Part shown: one piece after another, positions 40,154-53,350 of the stretch | How the letters are laid out: every line of letters begins with the position of its first letter | Numbering within the stretch: the stretch's first letter is position 1 | Source: Mobula hypostoma | Taxonomy: Eukaryota | Direction of reading: 5' to 3' | Length of the DNA: 64,000 nucleotides | Assembly (NCBI RefSeq): GCF_963921235.1 | Contig: NC_086109.1 | Coordinates: 17,672,001-17,736,000 of the forward strand | Notes under the pieces: model-generated | Database searches by the model: none | What the model was told of the DNA's origin: nothing | The model's input: the letters and a program-made list of their open reading frames with translations, nothing else | Made by a program: the position numbers and the translations under genes

Positions 40154-40555
40154 TGTATGGTGAAGATGTTCCAACCGGTTGCACCACCATGTGGTATGGA
40201 GCCATGGCACAGAATCAGAAAAACCTGCAGAGCTCTAAACTCAGTCAGCTACATCATGGGCACTAGCCTCCCAGGCATTGAGGACATCGTCAAAAAGAGA
40301 GACCTCATAAAGGCAGCATCCATCATTAAGGACCCCCATCAGCTAGGACAGGCCCTGTTCTGATTGCCACTGTTAGGGAGGAGGTACAGGAGCCTGACCA
40401 AGCACATTTATCACTTAAGGAGCAGCTTCTTCCCCCTCCACCATTAGGTTTCTGAATGGACAATGAATCCATGAACACTATCTCACTGTTTTTACTCTTT
40501 TTGCACTACTTATTAATTTCATAAAGAGATAATTTATATAGAAATATATATATAT

Positions 40556-41231
40556 TTTTAGATTATGAAGCCACGCAGTCCTCTTTTATTGTCATTTAGT
40601 AATGCATGCATTAAGAAATGATACAATTTGTTCCTCCAGAACGATATCACAGAAACACAAGACAAACCAAGACTGAAAAAAACTAACAAAACCCATGTAA
40701 TTATAACATATAGTTACAACAGTGCAAAGCAATACCGTAATTTGATGAAGAACAGACCATAGGCACGATAAAAAAAAGTCTCAAAGTCTCTCGGAAGTCC
40801 CATCATCTCACGCAGACGGTTGAAGGGAGAAACTCTCCCTGCCATGAGCATCCAGCGCCGCAAACTTGCCGATGCAGCACCCTGGAAGCACCCGACCACA
40901 GTCCGACTCTGAGTCCGTCCAAAAACTTCGAGCCTCCGACCAGCTCTCCGACACCGAGCACCGAGCACCATCTCTGCCGAGCGCTTCGACTCCAGCCCCG
41001 GCAACAGGCAGTAGGCAAAGCCAAGGATTTGAGGCCTTCCCCTCCTGAGATTCTCGATCACACAGTAGCAGTGGCAGCAAAGCAGGCATTTCAGAAGTTT
41101 CTCCAGATGTTCCTCCATGCTTCTCACATCTGTCTCCATCAAATCAGGATTGTGCACAGCCCCTACTTAACAAATACGATATCAATTTGGAGTGGCCGCG
41201 CGCGCTGCGTCACGCCGCCACCTTCTCCTCC
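40556..41231 (-). mobile_element. CpG-rich non-coding retroelement, unclassified
   Basis: Starts ggaggagaaggtggcggcgtgacgcagcgcgcgcgg and ends with AATAAA and a short tail; interrupts the 3' tail of a Rex1-like copy. Confidence 0.55.
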
Positions 41232-41318
41232 CGTCCTATTATATTTCTATTATAATTTATAGTATATTTGATGTATCGCACTGTGCTGCTGCTGCAAAAC
41301 AATAACTTTCATGACATA

Positions 41319-41843
41319 TACTCAGAGGCCACTTTATTAGGCACACCTATACACCCGCTTATTAATGTAAATATCTAATCAGCTAACCATGTGGCAGCAG
41401 CTCAATGCATAAAAGCATGCAGACAGGCAAGAGGTTCAATTGTTGTTCAGACCAAACATCAGAATGGGCAAGAAATGTGATCAAAGTAACTTTGTAGGTG
41501 CCAGATGGGGTGGTTTGAGTATCTCAGAAACTGCTGATATCCTGGGATCTTCATGCACAGCAGTCTCTAGAGTTTGCAGAGAATGATACAAAGAACAAAC
41601 AAAATAAAATCTAGCGATCATCAGTTCTGTGGGTGAAAACGCCTTGTTAATGAGAGAAGTCAGAGGAGAATGGCCAGGCTGGTTCAACTTGACAGGAACT
41701 CAAATATCCTCACATTACAACAGAGGTGTGCATAACAGCATCTCTGAATGCACAAACACATCAAACCTTGAAGAGGATGGGCTACAGCAGCAGAAGAGCA
41801 CACAGGGTTCCACTCCCATATCAAATAAAATGGCCACTTAGTG
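41319..41843 (+). mobile_element. Non-autonomous Tc1/mariner element, uninterrupted copy
   Basis: TA|tactcagaggccactttattag ... aaataaaatggccacttagtg|TA; inserted in the 3' tail of a Rex1-like LINE. Confidence 0.85.
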
Positions 41844-44007
41844 TATATCAGTGACATTAAATCTGATTCTAATTGAAGATGAGTGGGGAGTTATTCCCAG
41901 GTCAGTCCGGTATTTATCCCACAGCTGGCATGACTAAAAGAAGATTACCTGGTTAATCTGCATGTAGATGTGGAGGACTGCTAGGTGAAAATTACTTACT
42001 GGTTTTTCTGAAGAGATCAACTTCAGAGGTAATTCACTGGTTGTTGAGCGCATTGGGATGGCCAAGAAGTTAGGCATGCGTCACCTGGCACGTGAGAGCA
42101 GTTTCACCAGAATGACTGCAATAAATCAGAAAGAAGAATCAAAGATAGACAATAAATGTGTGGGGTGGTTGCCAGTTGATGCTGGTTGTGATGACCACCA
42201 TGGTGGAAGAGTTTAGCAACACATTTGTAAGGAATGTCTTCTCAGACAGGATACTGGTGTGCCGGGCACCTCATGTTCTCCAGCATGAGCGGCTACCAAG
42301 TGGTTCTCAGGGATATGGATGCTAGCCAAGGGATACCATGCCCAATTGTGGTGCTCATAATGTTTTACTGGCTCAATCAAGGCTGGTGATCAATGGGAGC
42401 AGTCCTGTAGCATAGTGGTCTAGTGTAACACCATCACAGCACCTGCGATTACCATTTGGGGTTCAATTCCTGCCACTGTCTGTAAGGAGTTTGTACGTTC
42501 TCCCCATGACTGAGTGGGTTTTCTCCAACTGCTCCAGTTGCCTCCCGCATTTCCAAGATGTACTGTTAGAGTTAGCGGGTTGTAGGCATACTATGTTGGT
42601 GCCAGAACCATGTTGAGACTTGCGGGCTGCCCAGCACAATCCTCACTGATTTGGTCTGGTGCAGAACAATGCTCTTCACTGTATGTTCTGACGTACATGT
42701 GACAGATAACGCTAATCTTTAAAGCTTAATCTGAATCTTCTTATTTGATTAGTACAGCTTCCCACTGAGTTTGACATTAAGTCACTGACTCACATCAGGA
42801 CTGAACCAAAGAAGGAATTCTATAAGGACAGGAAAAGCCTTCCCTACCATTGATCACATCCACGAGGGGTGCTGCCACAAGAAAGCAGCATCCATCATCA
42901 GAGATCACCACCATCCAGGCCATGCCTTTTTCGCACTGCTGCCGCGGGGAAGGAGGTACAGGAGATTTAGGTCCCATACCACCGGATTCAGAAACAGTTA
43001 TTACCTTTCAGTCCTGAACCAGCATGGATAACTTCACCCACCTCAACACTGAACTGATTCCACAACCTATGGACTCACTTTCAAGGTCTCTACAACTCAT
43101 GTTCTCAGTATTTACTTATTCATTATTGCTTTTCTATATTGCCCAGTTTGTCTTCCATTGTACAGTTGTTGTCAGTCTTTGAGTGTAGCTTTTCTTTGAT
43201 TGTTCGAAGGTACAATTTAATGTCAGAGAAATGCATACAATATACATCCCGAAAAGATTTTTCTTCGCAACTTTTTCTTTGCAGTACTGTGAATGCCTGC
43301 AAGAAAAAGAATCTCAGGGTTGTATATGGTGACATAAATATACACTTTGATAACAAATTTACTTTGAAATTTAAACTAAACAAATGCCTCTGTGAGAGGC
43401 ATCAAGGAAACACAGAGTGCAGGGGACAACTTTATTTCCAGAATATGCCACCGCATTGTGAAGAAAAGCATCGCTTTGAACTAATTGGGCTGCAGTAACT
43501 CACTGAAGATTAATGCAGTTCAAAGACCATTTTGTTCTCTCCTCCCTTGGTACAGTATAAACGCTGCATTAAAACACTCCGTCATTCTCACTGCTGGTGC
43601 CCCGCACACTATTGACCAGCTTTCCTATTTGACAGGAGGTCTGATTCAGCAATTGATTCAAGCAATTTGCACTCTACTGCTACCTCAAAACAACAAATTT
43701 CACTTCAGTTAAGACAATGATTAAAAATCTTGCTCTTATTCTGAAAACCTTGGTTTTGAACTATAGAAACACACAGAGTGGTGGAGGAACTCAGCAGGTT
43801 GGACAGCATACAGCATATGGAGAGGAATAAAGAGCCAATGCTTCGGGCTAAGACCCTTCATGACTGGATAGGAAGGAGGGCTAAACCCGAATAAGAAGGT
43901 GGGGGAGGGGAAGGAGTACAAACTGGCGGGTGATTGGTGAAGCCCAGTGAGGGGGAAGGTGGGTGCCTCATTTAAGCAATAATCTCTATGTCAATTACTA
44001 TGAAATA

Positions 44008-45017
44008 CACTCAGTGGCGACACACGGAAACTGAACTCCTTTCGGACTCAGGCTGAACTACAGAGGACGCGGAGGAGGTCTGGCCCTGCACACGTAACAT
44101 GCAGGCCCACCGGCATGTGGACACACCCTGGTGCTCATGAACCAGGTCCCCAGCCATGGGTAAATAGCCCCACTGCCTTGTGGGAGAGACAAAGGCTACG
44201 GGAGTAAACCCAGACAGCAAATCCGGAGTAGAGCCCCTAAGGCGGTTGGACGTCACTGAACATCCTTCCAGCAGCTCCTGCAGCCAAGCTGGTGCCAAAC
44301 GTATTGCTTCCTAAGCAATCCTTTGGCCTACACTGGTGACGCCAAGAGGGGCATCTTGATGATTGGGCATCTCAATGACTGGGCGTCTCAGGACCTGCAG
44401 ACCTTCAGCCCAGGCTTGTAATGATGATGATTCAAGAGACAGATCGATGCCCACCACCAAACACACTCAACGGCCCTTCATTACACACCTCCCGTATGGA
44501 ATAAAGTGGCCATTGATTATAAGTTTGTAGTCTTCTGCTGTTGTAGTCCATCCACTTCGAGGTTCAACATGTTGTGCATTCAGAGATGCTCTTCTGCACA
44601 CCGCTGTTGTAGCATGTTTGATGAACTGTCACCTTCCTGTCAGCTTGAATCAGTCTGGCTATTCATCTCTGACCTCTCTCATTAACAAGGCATTTTCACC
44701 CACAGAATTGCTGCTCACTGGATGTTTTTTTTGCATGATTCTCTGCAAACCCTAGAGTCTGTTGTGTGTGAAAATCCCAAATCAGCAGCTTTTAAGATAC
44801 TCAAACAACCTCATCTGGCACCAACAATCATTCCACGGTCAAAGTCACTTACATCACTTTTCTTCCCCATTCTGATGTTTGGGCTGAACAACAACTGAAC
44901 CTCTTGACCATGTCTGCATGCTTTTATGCACTGAGTTGCTGCCATATGGTTGGCTGATTAGATATTTGCATTAGCGAGGAGGTGTACAGGTGTACCTAAT
45001 CAAATGGCCATTGAGTG
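44008..45017 (-). mobile_element. Non-autonomous Tc1/mariner element with an insertion in its left TIR
   Basis: Same TIRs and body as the other copies; interrupted by 44019-44462. Confidence 0.75.
44019..44462 (+). mobile_element. Unclassified non-LTR-type insertion
   Basis: Flanked by a 12-bp imperfect TSD (acactcagtggc / acactcaacggc); (gat)n near the 3' end; no meaningful ORF. Confidence 0.5.
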
Positions 45018-46393
45018 TAAGTGGCAAGTGCAGGGAGACCATGTGGAACCATGTAACCAGGAGACAACAAAATTAGTAAGTTCTACCAAGTTAACAATAG
45101 AGGGCTGCTTTGTTGAACAGTTGTGTTAGCTATGACTTGAAAGCTAGAATTTCCACAAGTTAGATGCATGACCCACCTTCAACTCTTGAAGAAGTTACCT
45201 TGGGTCACATAATGATTCATTACTGAAGGATTTGCACTACAACAGAGCAAGGGTTAAAAATGTGTGTGTGTGGTGGTGGGAGGGGTGGCGCGGTTTGTTT
45301 AAAGCAAATCTGCGAGGGAAGTTTCTTCCCCCATGCAGACAGTCTGTAGGTTCCTGGAACACACTGCCGGGGAGTGGAGAAAACACGACGATATTAATGT
45401 TTAAGAGGCATTTAGAAAGACACATGAACAGGTAGAGAATGGAATGAAAGGACAGGGACCTCGTACAAGCAAATGGGATTAGTTAAAATTAGTATCAGGG
45501 TCGGCACAGACATGGTGAGCCTCAGGGCCATGCTGTTGCCTGTTTACAGCAGACCAGTAGAGAGCCGTTGGAGTCGGTGAGCGCTGGGGGCAGGATGGTG
45601 CGGTATCCAGGCTGGGCCAGTGCTGTCCCCAGTGTTCGTTTGGCAGAGGACAAGCTGTAATGTGCTCGACTGCAGACTGCTGCAATGTTCATGGACTCAG
45701 GGTTTCTGGTGTGACTGTATTTTACTGATATCTTATATGTGTGTCTTGTGCTGTGTATGACTGTAGGTATTGTGTTTTGCACCTTGGCCCCGGACTACCG
45801 CTGTTTCATTTGGCTGCATTCATGGGTATTCATGTACAGTGGAATAACAATTAAACTTGAACTATTGTTGTATGTTGTAAGAGGCACTCTTTTTCACATA
45901 AGACATCAAATCCCATTACAGGATGTAATGAATCCCTTGGTATGGTATCAAAGAAGAACAGACGTGTTCTCTCTCTGTTGTATTTTGGCCAACAATCAAA
46001 ATATGTATTCTGTAATAAGTAATCCCTTCTTGGTCAGTACAGTCATGGGTAAATTCTTCAGGCATTCCTGGTTGGCCAGTGAGTGCTGGACCTCACCTGC
46101 AGATGATGGTTGTCCATCGTCAATCCTAGTATCAATAGAGCAGGGCGGCTCGGTATCATAGCGGCTGGTGCAAAGCTATATCGTACCAGCTGTAAGACTG
46201 GGGTCCACAAGGAGTTTGTACATTCTTCCACTGTCCCTGTGGGCTTCCTCCGGGAGCTCCGCTTTCCTCCCACATTTTAAAGGTGTACAATTAGGGTTAG
46301 AGAGTTGTGTGGCATCAGAAACAACTCTTAAACAGGTTACCTTGGGTCACGTAATGATTGGGATTTGGCACTACAGCAGAGCACAGGTTGAAA

Positions 46394-46394
<1 letters not shown>

Positions 46395-46434
<40 letters not shown>
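46395..46434. repeat. (TG)n microsatellite
   Basis: About 20 uninterrupted TG units. Confidence 0.95.
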
Positions 46435-46436
<2 letters not shown>

Positions 46437-46504
46437 GGGGGGGAGAGCAGTTTGTTTAAAGCAAATCTGCGAGGCAAGTCTCAGCACAATCCCTACTGAT
46501 CTTA

Positions 46505-46797
46505 GTTTTTATTTACAGCACAGAGTAGGCCCTTCGACCCAGCAATCCCCCTCATGTGATGGGGATTAATGTCACACGGGAAAGTTAATCCCAGCCTAAT
46601 CACGGGACAGGATAATTTACAATAAGCAATTAACCTACAAGCCGGTACATCTTTGGAATGTGGGAGGAAACCAGAGCACCCGGAGGAAACCCACGCGTTT
46701 CCACAGGGAGAATGTACAAACTTCTTACAGGCAGCAGCGGGAATTGAACCTGGGTCACTGGTACTATAAAGCGTTGCGCTAACCACTACGCTACCAT
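46505..46797 (-). mobile_element. V-SINE/HE1-type SINE
   Basis: Minus strand reads ggtagcgtagtggttagcgcaacgc...ggttcaattccc...gggtttcctccgggtgctctggtttcctcccaca. Confidence 0.8.
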
Positions 46798-47683
46798 GCT
46801 GCCTTGATGCAAATGATGCACTTCACTGTACATGTAACAAATAAAGCTAATCTTCTCTCTTCTCTTTTATAGACTCCCAACGTGGATGGATGATTTTCAA
46901 GGAGCCTAAATTCCAGGATTTTGCCAGCCTAAATTCCAGGATTTTGCCGGCCAAAATTGGATCCCTGATGCTAATTTTAGAAACGATTAACTCTACTGCA
47001 CAAGTGAATATTAAAATAGTACTTCTTATTCAACACTACCAAGATACAGATTCTTACACTATTTTCTTATTACCGTTGGTGGGACCTTGACATATGCAAA
47101 CTGAATTCAATGCTTTCTATGTTATAATAGTGATTACACTTCAAAATGTATTACTGTTTTAAAGTGTATGATTATGTACAGTAAGCGGTAACATGTGTTT
47201 TTGAATTGCAAAACCAATCAGCACCATTAAAGTTAACCATGTGTAGTGTACATCAGGTAGCAGCTACTTCAAAGTATATGGGAGAGAATAAATCTTGCTC
47301 TGAATTTTCTGCTAACTTGACCTTGTTCAAGAAGCTTCAGTTGCTTGGCATTCAAGCTGAGGTCGTAAATTGGATTAGACATTGGGAGAAGCCAGTGGTA
47401 GTGGATGGTTGCCTCTCTGACTGGAGGCCCGTGACTAGTGGAGTGCCACAAGACTTGGAGCTGGGTCCTTTTGTTGGTTGTCATCTCTATCGATAATCTG
47501 GATGATAATGTGGTTAACTGGATTCAGCAAATTTGCAAATGACAGCAAGATTAGGGCCATAGTGGACAGCAAGGAATGCTGTCAAAACCTACAGTGGGAT
47601 CTGAAACAACTAGAAAAATGTGCTGAAAAATGGCAGATGGAATGTAATGCAGACAAGTGTCAGTTGATAGGACCAGTCTGGGT

Positions 47684-48110
47684 AGTTTTTTTACAAAACT
47701 ATAAAAGTTTATTTACATAACAATCACACAAAGTACAGACATTCAGTATTTACAAGACAGTGAGTACACTCAGATTAAAATATAATTAATACTGTCTATT
47801 AAACAGTCAATACCCGGGGGGCACACCGCTTCTGGAAGTCCCCCAATGTAGCCATTGTGACCGCATGCTCTCTCTCCAAGGACAGCCAGACACGAACATA
47901 CCCTTGGAAGAGGGGCAGGCAGTCGACCAGGGCAGAGCCCTCCACTCTCCACCGCCTAGACCCATGAGTCCAGGAGCAAGCCCACCAAGGGAGCCTCCTC
48001 ACGACCCACCCTCTTCCAAACTGGGTGCCCACAAATGCATCCCCACAGTAAGAGAGTATCAGATCTCAGGAAATGTTACCTGACACTGCACAGGAGGAGG
48101 TAGTTAGGCC
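47684..48110 (-). mobile_element. Tx1/L1-clade LINE 3' end
   Basis: C-terminal HGSRRWRVEGSALVDCLPLFQGYVRVWLSLEREHAV...FQKRCAP, followed by AATAAA and a short A tail. Confidence 0.6.
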
Positions 48111-48631
48111 CCTGAGGCTCACATTGTCTCCCAATCAATCCCATTCCTCCCTCCCCCAACTTTTGTTTCCCACTGACCTACTCCCTCTTACAAATCCACC
48201 AACTTCCCCTTGGACACAGCTCAATCCATCATGGAAACCAACCTCTCCTCCATAGACAGCTTTGCAGTCCTCAAAAGACTCAGTAAAGCAGTCAGCATAA
48301 TCAAAGACCCCATCCACCGCAGGCATATTTTCTTCTCCCTTCTTCCACCAGGCGGAAGGTTAAAACAACCCGAAAGCACGTACCATCAGGCTCAATGACA
48401 GCTTCTGCCCCACTGTTATAAAAGTAATAATAATTCCCTGGTGTGGTAGAATGGACTCTTGACCTCACAATCTTCCTCGTTATGATCTTACACCACATTG
48501 TTTACCTGCACTGCACATTTTCTGTAGCTTTTACATTTTATTCTGCATGACGTCTGCATTAGTCTACCTCAGTGCAGTGTAATGTGAGTTGTATGAACAG
48601 GATGTGAGACAAGCCTTTCACTGGAGAAGTA

Positions 48632-50050
48632 CACTCAGTGGCCACTTTGTTAGATACATCTGTACACCTGCTCAGTGAGGCAAATAGCTAATCAGCCAAT
48701 CGTAGCAGCAACTCAATGCAAAAAAGCATGCAGACCTGGTCAAGAGGTTCAGCTGTTGTTCAGACCAAGTATCAGAACGGGGAAGAAATGTGATCTAAGT
48801 GACTCTGGCTGTGGAATGATTGTTGGTGCCAGGTGGGGTGATTTGAGTATTTCAGGAACAGCTGATCGCTTAGGAATTTCACACACAACAGTTTCCAGCG
48901 TTTACAGAGAATGGTACAAAAAACATCCAGTGAGCGGCAGTTCTGAGGGTGAAAACGTCTAGAAAGGTCAGAGGAGAATGGTCAGACTGGTTCGAGCTGA
49001 CAGGAAGGTGACAGTAACTCAAATAACCACACATTACAATAGTGCTGTACAGAACAGCATCTCTGAATGCTACTACTACCTACTACGTTGACTCAGGCCT
49101 AGGGGGCCGGTGTCGGGCACGATGACGGACTCTCCACTTCTCCCTCTCCCTCATCAGTGTGTTCAGTTCACCTACATTAGCCGCGCCGCTGTCTTCTAGG
49201 AGCGTGTTGACCGTAGTCTTGGGATGGTGCCCAGGGTTCATCCTCCCGTGCTTGGGCCCCTATATGATGACTAGGCTGGCAGGTAGCTCAGGGTGGCATA
49301 GACAGTGCCCCGCTAGTTGCAGTCTTCTCACCTCGATTTTAGTGGTGAGCATCGGTAGGTCATCATAGAGCTCGACGTTCGTCATGTGCTGTTGCCAACT
49401 CACAGCAAGAGCCATCTGGAGCATTCGTATATAGCAACCATCTAGAGACTTTCGCATCGTCTTGGTGAGTGTCCACGCCTCGCATCCGTATGTGAGAATG
49501 GACTCTATGACTGCTATGAAAATCTGCTTTTTAAGCCCTCTGGTCAGGTTCGACTTTCAGATTTCCTTCATGTCGTTCATGGCCGTCCATGCCAGTGCCT
49601 TCCATATCTTTATGTCCTTCTCCGACCTCATCATTCTTGACCCGAGGTACTTGTAGTCAAAGACTTTCTTAATGGTATCATTCTTTACTGTCTTGAGAGT
49701 ACCTTCGTCGCAGTTAAGCGCCAAGTACTCTGTCTTCTTAGCGTTTAGGTGAAGTCCAACTTTATTGCACTCCGTTTCCACTTTTGTCAGTAGCTGCTGT
49801 GCTTCCTCCATCTGGTCAGAGAGCAGGACTATGTCATCTGCGAAATCGAGATCTGTAAGCATAACTGGTCTGACCCTTTTGGTTGGTACTAGTTTTATGG
49901 TAAAACCAAGCTTGTCACGATCTTTGGTAGCTCGTCTGAATGCACAGCACATTGAACCTTGAAGCAGACGGGCTACAGCAGCAGAAGACCACAAACGTAC
50001 ACTCAGTGGCCACTTTCTTGGGCACAGGAGATACTGAGTGCCCACAGTGT
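48632..50050 (+). mobile_element. Non-autonomous Tc1/mariner element split by an RTE LINE
   Basis: TIR cactcagtggccactttg at 48632; remnant GKKCDLSDSGCGMIVGARWGDLSISGTADRLGISHTTVSSVYREW; the body resumes after 49943. Confidence 0.8.
49071..49934 (-). mobile_element. 5'-truncated RTE-clade LINE
   Basis: LTDLDFADDIVLLSD...VGLHLNAKKTE...DYKYLGS; (GTA)n-like tail; perfect 9-bp TSD TCTGAATGC (49062-49070, 49935-49943). Confidence 0.9.
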
Positions 50051-51094
50051 GATGTGATGATAGTAAACTTATACACTATCAATTATTTTGCCATTTATCC
50101 ACACATGAAATAACTTAGTGGCTAACTAAACCAGCAGCACGTCTTTGGGATGTGGGACTCACAGAGAACTTGCGAACTCTACACAGACGGGGCTCGAGCC
50201 AAGCCACTGCCGCTGAGAAGCAGCAGCGCCAGCTGCCTGTTCCACTTACAGAAGGTGAGCAAAGGACAGCTTCCTTCCACCAACACAGACCGAGATAATA
50301 AGTGCTGGTGGGCTGACAGATTTAGGTCATACTCTGCAAAGGATGGCAAGCTGCCCAGTTCCACTGTTGTCAGGCTGTGTGATATCTCATTAAAAGTTAG
50401 CAGCCCTATCTCTTCGGGCCTGTGGGTTTTATTTTCACGCACACTACTCCCTGTGTTTATACCCTATGCTGGCCATGGCAGGAGGAGTCAACGTCTGAGA
50501 GAGAAACAGATCTGTGCTGCTAACAGACAGATTCACCTTGATGTTTTATAATCCTTGTGCAGTACCTAAACGATCAGGAGGATAAAGAGATGATGACAGG
50601 AAGGATATTTCAGTATGCACTCTGTGCCCAGCTAGACGGTCATAAATTGCTGGTGGGTTGAGTGGGTAGACAGGGCAGGGAGAGTTAAGGTCACATCTAC
50701 ACATTAACCAATGGCCCCCTCCATAAAGTGTGTGTGGAGATACAAGAGTGCTGTCTCCCATACGTGTGTGCTTGGCAACCCTGGATGGGCAGGATTAGCC
50801 CGAAATGTGATGCGTGCAGTGGTCAAACAGCCTGCTGGAACTCGTCATTTACACTCTTGGGCAAAGAGAACCAAGTGCCCTGATTCCAAGCTGCATTCCA
50901 AGAGTCGCCATCCATGCCAACAGAGGGTTAAATATCAATGAATAAACTGCTGTCACACACCTATGCACCATGTCTCCGGATCGAATCGGCTACACTGCTC
51001 AGGATGAGCCAATGCCATCTGTCAGTACAGTGCTGAGTATTGAATGTGAACATACCATCTCCCATGGGTCGTGTTCTTTAAATTAAAAGGTTTG

Positions 51095-52235
51095 CAAGAG
51101 TGAGCAAGAGCAGAGAGATAGACAGAGAATGGGGAAGAGACAGACAGAGAGGGTTGTGAGGCAGCTAGACAGAGGCGGGAGGAGAAGAGACAGACAGACA
51201 GAGGTCGGGGGGGAGAGACAGAGGGGTCAGAGAGTGAGAGAAAGAGAGTGGGGCAGACAGACAGAGAGAGACAGATGGGGGGCAGATACACAGAGGGATG
51301 GAGAGGCAGACAGAAAGAAAGAGGGGTCAGACAGAGAGGAAGGGGGGGGAAGAGTCAGACAGAGAGAATGGCGGGAGTCAGACAGAGAGAATGGGGGTCA
51401 GATAGAGAGAAAGGGGGAGAGTCAAACAGTGAGAACAGGGGTCAGACAGAGGAGGCCGGGTTAGACAGAGAGAAAGGGGGGTCAGACAGAGAGATAGGGG
51501 AGAGTCAGACAGTGAGGATGGGGACAGTCAGAGAGAAGGGGGGAGAGTCAGAAAGAGAGAAGGGGGGAGAGTCAGAAAGAGAGAAGGGGGGTCAGACAGA
51601 GAGAATAAGGGGAGAGTCAGACAGAGAGAATGAAGGGGGAGATAGACAGTGAGAGGGGGGGAGACAGACAGTGAGAAGGGGGGGAGACAGAGAGAGAGAA
51701 TGGGGGGAGAGACAGAGAGAGAGAATGGGGGAGAGACAGAGAGAGAGAATGGGGGTTCAGAGAGAAGGGGGGAGTCATAAAGAGAAGGGGGAGTCATAAA
51801 GAGAGAAAGGGGGGAAATCAGAGAGAATGGGGGTCAGATAGAGAGAAAGGGGGAGAGTCAAACAGTGAGAACAGGGATCAGAGAGATAGGGGAGAGCCAG
51901 ACAGTGAGAATGGGGGAGAGCCAGACAGTGAGAATGGGGGGGGGAGTCAGACAGAGAATGGGGGGGGTCAGACAGAGAGAATGGGGGCATGGCAGATGGG
52001 AGCATAGTGAAGCTGTGGTGGGGGAAGGCAGACAGGTGGGGAGGGCAAGGCAGATGGGAAGGGGTTGCGAGGCAAACAGGCATGGGGGTGTGAGACAGAC
52101 AGCTGGGGTGTGAAGCAGACAGATGGAGGGCGTGAAGCAGACAGACGGGGCCAAGCAGACCAGGGAGAGAGGCAGACAGACAGGGTTCGAGGCAGACAGA
52201 CAGTGGTTGAGGCAGACAGATGGTGGGCATGAGGA
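51095..52235. repeat. Purine-rich degenerate minisatellite (GGGGGAGAGTCAGACAGAGAGAA-like units)
   Basis: About 1.1 kb that is almost entirely G/A on the + strand, with recurring gagtcagacagagag units and G runs. Confidence 0.9.
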
Positions 52236-53136
52236 ATGTTTTGGAGTCGATTATTAAGGATGAGGTCTCAGGATACTTGGAGGCATATAATAAAACAGAC
52301 CCTAGTCAGCAAAGGCCCTGGTCTCAAGGAAAAATCTTGCCTGACAAATCTGTTGGAATGTTTTGAGGAAATAACAAGCAGGATAGACAAAGGAAAATCA
52401 GTTGATGTTGTGTACTTGGATTTTCAGAAAGGCTTTGACAAGGCACTACACATGAGGCTGCAAGGTGTCAAACAAGCTACGAGTCCCTGGCATTACAGGA
52501 AAGATTCTAGCATGGATAAAACAGTGGCTGATTGGCAGGAGACAGAGAGTTAGAATAAAGGGAGCCTTTTCTGGCTGGCTGCCGGTGACTAGTGGTGTTT
52601 CACAGGGGTCTGTGTTGAGACCAATCCTTTTTATGTTATATGTCAATGATTTAGATGATTTAATTGATGGCTTTGTTGAAAAGTTTGCAGACGATATGAA
52701 AATAGGTGGAGGGGCAGGTAGTTCTGAGGAAGTAGAGAGGCTACAGAAGAACAGAAAAATTAGGAGAAAGGGCAAAGAAATGGCAGATGAAATACAGTGT
52801 TGAGAAATGTATTGTCATGCACTTAGGTAGAAGAAATGAAAGGGTTGATTATTTTCTAAATGGACAGAAAATACAAAAAATCTAGGTGCAACGGGACTTG
52901 GCACTCCTTGTGCAGGATTCCCTAAAGGTTAATTTGCAGACTGAATCTGTGCAATGGTAACATTCATTTCAAGCGGACTGAAATATAAAAGCAAGGATGT
53001 AATGTTGAGACTTTATAAAGCACTGGTGAGGACTCACTCGGGTATTGTGAGCAGGTTTGTGCCCCTTAACTTAGAGAGGCAGTGCTGAAGCCGGAGAGGG
53101 TACAAAGGAGGTTCAGGAAAATGATTCCAGGATTAA
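52236..53136 (+). mobile_element. CR1 LINE fragment
   Basis: KSCLTNLLECFEE, YLDFQKGFDK, SGVSQGSVL, KFADDMKIG. Confidence 0.88.
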
Positions 53137-53137
53137 A

Positions 53138-53350
53138 TGCTTTCCGCAGGGATTGTTCCCTACGCGACTCCCTTGTACATTCGTCCCTCCCCACTGATCT
53201 CCCTCCTGGCACTTATCCTTGCAAGCGAAACAAGTGCTCCATCTGCCCCTACACCTTCTCCCTCACTATCATTCAAGGCCTCAAACAGTCCTTCCAGATG
53301 AGGCGGCATTTCACCTGTGAATCTGTTGGGGTCATCTACTGTATTCTGGT
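53138..53350 (+). mobile_element. Penelope-like element fragment (GIY-YIG N-terminal part)
   Basis: AFRRDCSLRDSLVHS...PGTYPCKRNKCSICPY...RRHFTCESVGVIYCI. Confidence 0.8.

Noticed and set aside
50230..51090. Possible extra 5'UTR exon (minus-strand donor AAG|GTGAAT near 50536)
   Set aside because: A single donor-like motif without a convincing acceptor or other support.
51022..52230. Several long low-complexity ORFs
   Set aside because: By-products of the GA-rich minisatellite.
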